Below, piece after piece: positions 16,879 to 20,000 of a stretch of DNA of 20,000 bases. Source of the DNA: an uncultured Methanospirillum sp. (GTDB lineage Archaea; Halobacteriota; Methanomicrobia; Methanomicrobiales; Methanospirillaceae); contig CAZWTX010000003.1 in the NCBI GenBank assembly GCA_964637135.1, positions 111,645 through 131,644 on the forward strand, in the 5' to 3' direction. The notes beneath the pieces are model-generated. The model did not search any database. It was not told where the DNA came from and was given only the letters and a program-made list of their open reading frames with translations. A program made the position numbers and the translations under genes. Numbering within the stretch: position 1 is the stretch's first letter; every line of letters starts with the position of its first letter.

Positions 16879-17126
16879 GAATATCCAAGTCTATCCTGAT
16901 ACACTATCATGTAAACCATCCCCATGCCAAGATATGCCACAAAATTCAATAGTAGGGATATCCTGCGATATCTCACTCCCTTTTCAGGCAGTCGTATTCA
17001 ACCGACTGAATACCTGACGGGTGAATGAAAAGTATCAGCACATGAGAGAGGCAGGGCACCTCGTGGCGATCCGATCCTATCCTGATATCCGGGTATCAAC
17101 AGGGTGAGGAGAGGGCAGTTCTTCGA

Positions 17127-18455
17127 TCAGAAACCGGGATCATCGCCGGCGGTAAGAAACCGGATGGTACCGTCAGGACAGCGGATCTCAAAAAGAATCC
17201 CCCGGCCAGGAATCCCACATTCCACGATTTGAAATCCGGACTGATTAATAATTTCTCGGGCAAGAAAGAGCCCCATGCCGGATCTCTGGCCCCGTTCAAG
17301 GGAGAAGAGGGCCTCCTTTTCTATTTCAGGTATTCCCGGACCGTCAGACATGCAGAGGATGCAGAGTTTTTCCCCCCGGTCTGTCAGGGTCACCTGGACC
17401 CGGGTGATCCCGGTACGTACGGAAGGGTCTGCAAAGAGCTGGGTGAAGGCTTTCTGGAGAAGGTTATCGCCGAATATCTCCCCATGTGCAGGGAGTGAAT
17501 GCGTTACCTGAATGCCTGCCTGACCAAGCGGTTTGTACGCTTCCTCAATAACATTCCGCAGGTTCTGCCAGGAAGGCTGAAAGAGGCCGATTTTTGGATA
17601 GACCGAAATAAAGACGCCAAGAGATCCAATCCGGGCACTATCTGAAGACACGGGGGAATCTGAATCAGTGAATGTTTGCGGGCTGTCCCGGGGTTCTAAC
17701 TCACCGGGCTGGTTTTTTTGTCCGGATACCCCACCACTCAGCTGAAGACCGATACCTGAGAGCAATTGTAGTTTCTGGTTCGCATAGACAAGCTGCATCT
17801 CAAGTTCACCCCGTTCTGTTTCTTTTTCATACATATCAAGGTTTGATCGCTTCAGATCGGCAACCGCTTTTTCGAGCTGGGCATTCAGGTAGTACATCCG
17901 CTCATGCGCAACCTGCAATTCAGCATTATTCCGGATCGCCGTCTCGTACACGGATAGAAGAATATTGAGGATCTGACCACGGGTCGAGTGTATCTCGTGG
18001 TGGTAACCAGCATACGGAACAACCAGGGGAGTGTCCGGTGACCGCTCAACAGACTGAACGTCCCCTGATGTCAGGGAGATGACCATCCGGATTTGGGAGA
18101 GGAGATAATCCGGTTCAAAGGGTTTTATGATGAACGTATCAGCACCAGCCTCAAGGCCTTTCAGGACATCCGCCGTACTGTGAAGATAGGTGACGAGTAA
18201 TACCGGGATTGCGGAGAACTGCCCATCGGTCTTGATCGCACGACAGAGTTCAAATCCATCCATTTGTGGCATCATAACATCAGAGACGATGATACCCGGA
18301 GGGTTTGCCCGAACCTGCGTAAGGGCATCAATACCGTTTGATGCGATATCAACCAGGTACCCTGCCTTTTCCAGAATACTCCGAAGGTATTCAGCCTGGG
18401 TACGGTTGTCTTCCACAACCAGAATGGTCATTTCAGGAAAAATCTGTTCAGACAT
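17127..18455 (-). CDS. Receiver domain protein fused to a coiled coil and a degenerate histidine-kinase module
   Basis: REC with EDN, DVMMPQMDG, T and KPF intact. C-terminal HATPase remnant SDGPGI, LF, GMGLFLAREI. H-box and N-box are missing. Confidence 0.85.
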   Translation of the reverse strand: MSEQIFPEMTILVVEDNRTQAEYLRSILEKAGYLVDIASNGIDALTQVRANPPGIIVSDVMMPQMDGFELCRAIKTDGQFSAIPVLLVTYLHSTADVLKGLEAGADTFIIKPFEPDYLLSQIRMVISLTSGDVQSVERSPDTPLVVPYAGYHHEIHSTRGQILNILLSVYETAIRNNAELQVAHERMYYLNAQLEKAVADLKRSNLDMYEKETERGELEMQLVYANQKLQLLSGIGLQLSGGVSGQKNQPGELEPRDSPQTFTDSDSPVSSDSARIGSLGVFISVYPKIGLFQPSWQNLRNVIEEAYKPLGQAGIQVTHSLPAHGEIFGDNLLQKAFTQLFADPSVRTGITRVQVTLTDRGEKLCILCMSDGPGIPEIEKEALFSLERGQRSGMGLFLAREIINQSGFQIVECGIPGRGILFEIRCPDGTIRFLTAGDDPGF

Positions 18456-18623
18456 GCATACCGGACACCAGAAAATTCAATCCGCAGAGGCACGGAGAAT
18501 TCTCATCAAGAAATCTCTCGCAGAATGAGATAAATACGCATCATAGGCAACGGATCAGGAGGAGGGGATCCTTTCCTGATACCTGCCTACCGAGGGTGCA
18601 TAAAGAATTCGTTGTAGTGGGAT

Positions 18624-19037
18624 TCAGTAGTAAACGCCGGGGACAAAGGGCTTTACTGATAATTCCGAATCGGCTGGTGCTCTGAACACACCAATGGTCT
18701 TGATGGCGAGGTTGTTCCGCTTTGCCTCGTTGATGAGGTTTTTTGATTCCTTACTGGCTCCATCGGAGAGAACCAGCAGATGGGTTCCGTATTCTGCCAT
18801 CCGTGCATCGCAGATCATCCCTGCTGCATTCAGATCATCCTGCCAGTTCGGTTCAAATTCCTTGAACTTGATGTTGTTCTCTTCGGCGAATAAACGGGAG
18901 AATTTACTGACACCGGTAGATCCTCCGGTGATTATCTCCTCGATACCGCCAATTTCGGAGACATACTTCTGGATTTCAGAGAATACTGCTTCCTTCCGGT
19001 CACAGGTCCGCAGTCCTGATACGATGAGTTTTGCCAT
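18624..19037 (-). CDS. SLOG-superfamily (DUF2493/YspA-like) protein with divergent motifs
   Basis: LIVSGLR, IITGGSTGV, FAEENNI...FEPNW...AAG...MAEY and DGASKESKNLINEA follow the DUF2493 pattern (IAGSR, SGGARGAD, ADW...AAGPIRN...M, DGKSKGTKNMI). Start at ATG 19037 or 19043. Confidence 0.7.
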   Translation of the reverse strand: MAKLIVSGLRTCDRKEAVFSEIQKYVSEIGGIEEIITGGSTGVSKFSRLFAEENNIKFKEFEPNWQDDLNAAGMICDARMAEYGTHLLVLSDGASKESKNLINEAKRNNLAIKTIGVFRAPADSELSVKPFVPGVYY

Positions 19038-19111
19038 GATCATCAACGCCTGTATCACCGGCGTAATATGCCTGGAGGGGCCCGCCGGTGAACAAAAAAC
19101 CTTGACCCTGA

Positions 19112-19125
19112 CGATATAAATATCG
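19112..19125 (-). promoter_or_regulatory. Candidate TATA box embedded in a palindrome upstream of the SLOG-like gene
   Basis: CGATATTTATATCG on the minus strand (CGATAT-N2-ATATCG, containing TTTATAT). Confidence 0.45.
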
Positions 19126-19218
19126 CCGGAATAAGGAGTCCGGATACCGCATTATTATATACAGATTCTGGAAAGGACAACCACATAACATCCCGATAAT
19201 TCGAGCTTTTTTACATAA

Positions 19219-20000
19219 TCAGAGACATTTGCGGATAGTTTCAGGTGTACAGGCGATAACAAAGCAGGCACCTTCTCCGGGGATCCCGGTCTCATAAATG
19301 GTTATCCCAGTTATTGCCAGGATCTCCCGGGATAAAAAAAGACCGAGGCCGGTGTTCTTTCCATACTGGTAATCAAATATCTTACTCTTCTCCTCTATCG
19401 GGATACCGACGCCGTCATCTTCACAGAGGATCCGGCCTTCGTCAGCTGAATCATGAAAGGTAAACCGGATGGTGGAAATTTTCCCCCCGTATTTCTTTGC
19501 ATTCTCGATAAGGTTTGAAAAGACCATCTCGATCAGGGGGTCAGCAAAAATCTCGATGGTTTCTGGAATACAGTTCTCCAGCCGGACGTGGTCAGGTGAA
19601 CAGTGATGAATCGCCTGGTCCACTTTCACGTGGAGAGACTGCCATACCGGTGATTTAACACCGATCTCCTGGTATTCCCCGGTGAATTTCACGGTATTGA
19701 TGGTGTTTGCCACTATAGCGCATGCTTTCCGGATATACTGCCAGGATTGATCCGGATGCCCGGCCCGGTCAGCAACGGCAAGATCAAGATAGCCCTGGAT
19801 TGAATGCAGTTGATTGAGAAGATCATGACGAGTAATGCTTGCCATTAACTGGAGCTTGTTATTCGCATTTGAGAGCGCCATGGATATCGTTTTTCTTTCG
19901 GCGATCTCTTCGTTCAGATCCGTATTGACGGTTTTGAGATCCCGTATCGCCTTTTCGAGCTGCTCGTTGAGAAAATACAATTTATCCTGAGCTTTTTCAA
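19219..20000 (-). CDS. Sensor histidine kinase, 3' portion; starts beyond the right edge of the window
   Basis: The frame stays open to the edge (...EKAQDKLYFLNEQ). H-box ITRHDLLNQL, N-box VFSNLIENAKKYG, G1 EDDGVGI, F IF and G2 NTGLGLFL are intact. Confidence 0.93.
   Translation of the reverse strand, partial: EKAQDKLYFLNEQLEKAIRDLKTVNTDLNEEIAERKTISMALSNANNKLQLMASITRHDLLNQLHSIQGYLDLAVADRAGHPDQSWQYIRKACAIVANTINTVKFTGEYQEIGVKSPVWQSLHVKVDQAIHHCSPDHVRLENCIPETIEIFADPLIEMVFSNLIENAKKYGGKISTIRFTFHDSADEGRILCEDDGVGIPIEEKSKIFDYQYGKNTGLGLFLSREILAITGITIYETGIPGEGACFVIACTPETIRKCL

Noticed and set aside
17600..17790. Compensating frameshifts or an assembly error hiding the H-box of the 17127..18455 protein
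   Set aside because: The two other minus-strand frames at the expected H-box position hit stops and contain no RHD-like motif. The N-box is independently degenerate.

Overview
Archaeal chromosomal DNA, most consistent with a Methanomicrobiales methanogen (Methanospirillum-like; inferred from gene content and promoter style). I found no mobile element, CRISPR array or rRNA/tRNA. Left to right the window holds: the 5' part of diphthine synthase (dph5, minus strand, missed by the ORF track); a RAD55/KaiC-like protein with a degenerate P-loop; two tail-to-tail cis-prenyltransferase genes with complementary motifs, one translationally coupled to a radical SAM gene; a four-gene split glutamate synthase operon ending in an FrhB-type F420-binding subunit, divergent from glnA; an orphan ABC ATPase; a wHTH-PASx4-GAF-PAS sensor; an 860-bp ORF-poor spacer; a CvrA/NhaP2 K+/H+ antiporter; a tandem USP; a receiver-pseudokinase; a degenerate SLOG/DUF2493 protein; and the 3' part of an intact histidine kinase paralogous to the pseudokinase. 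The best leads are the putative F420-dependent GS/GOGAT locus with shared GAA-N6-TTC boxes at both promoters, the co-located heteromeric cis-prenyltransferase pair with its radical SAM partner, and the kinase / SLOG / pseudokinase signalling cluster.
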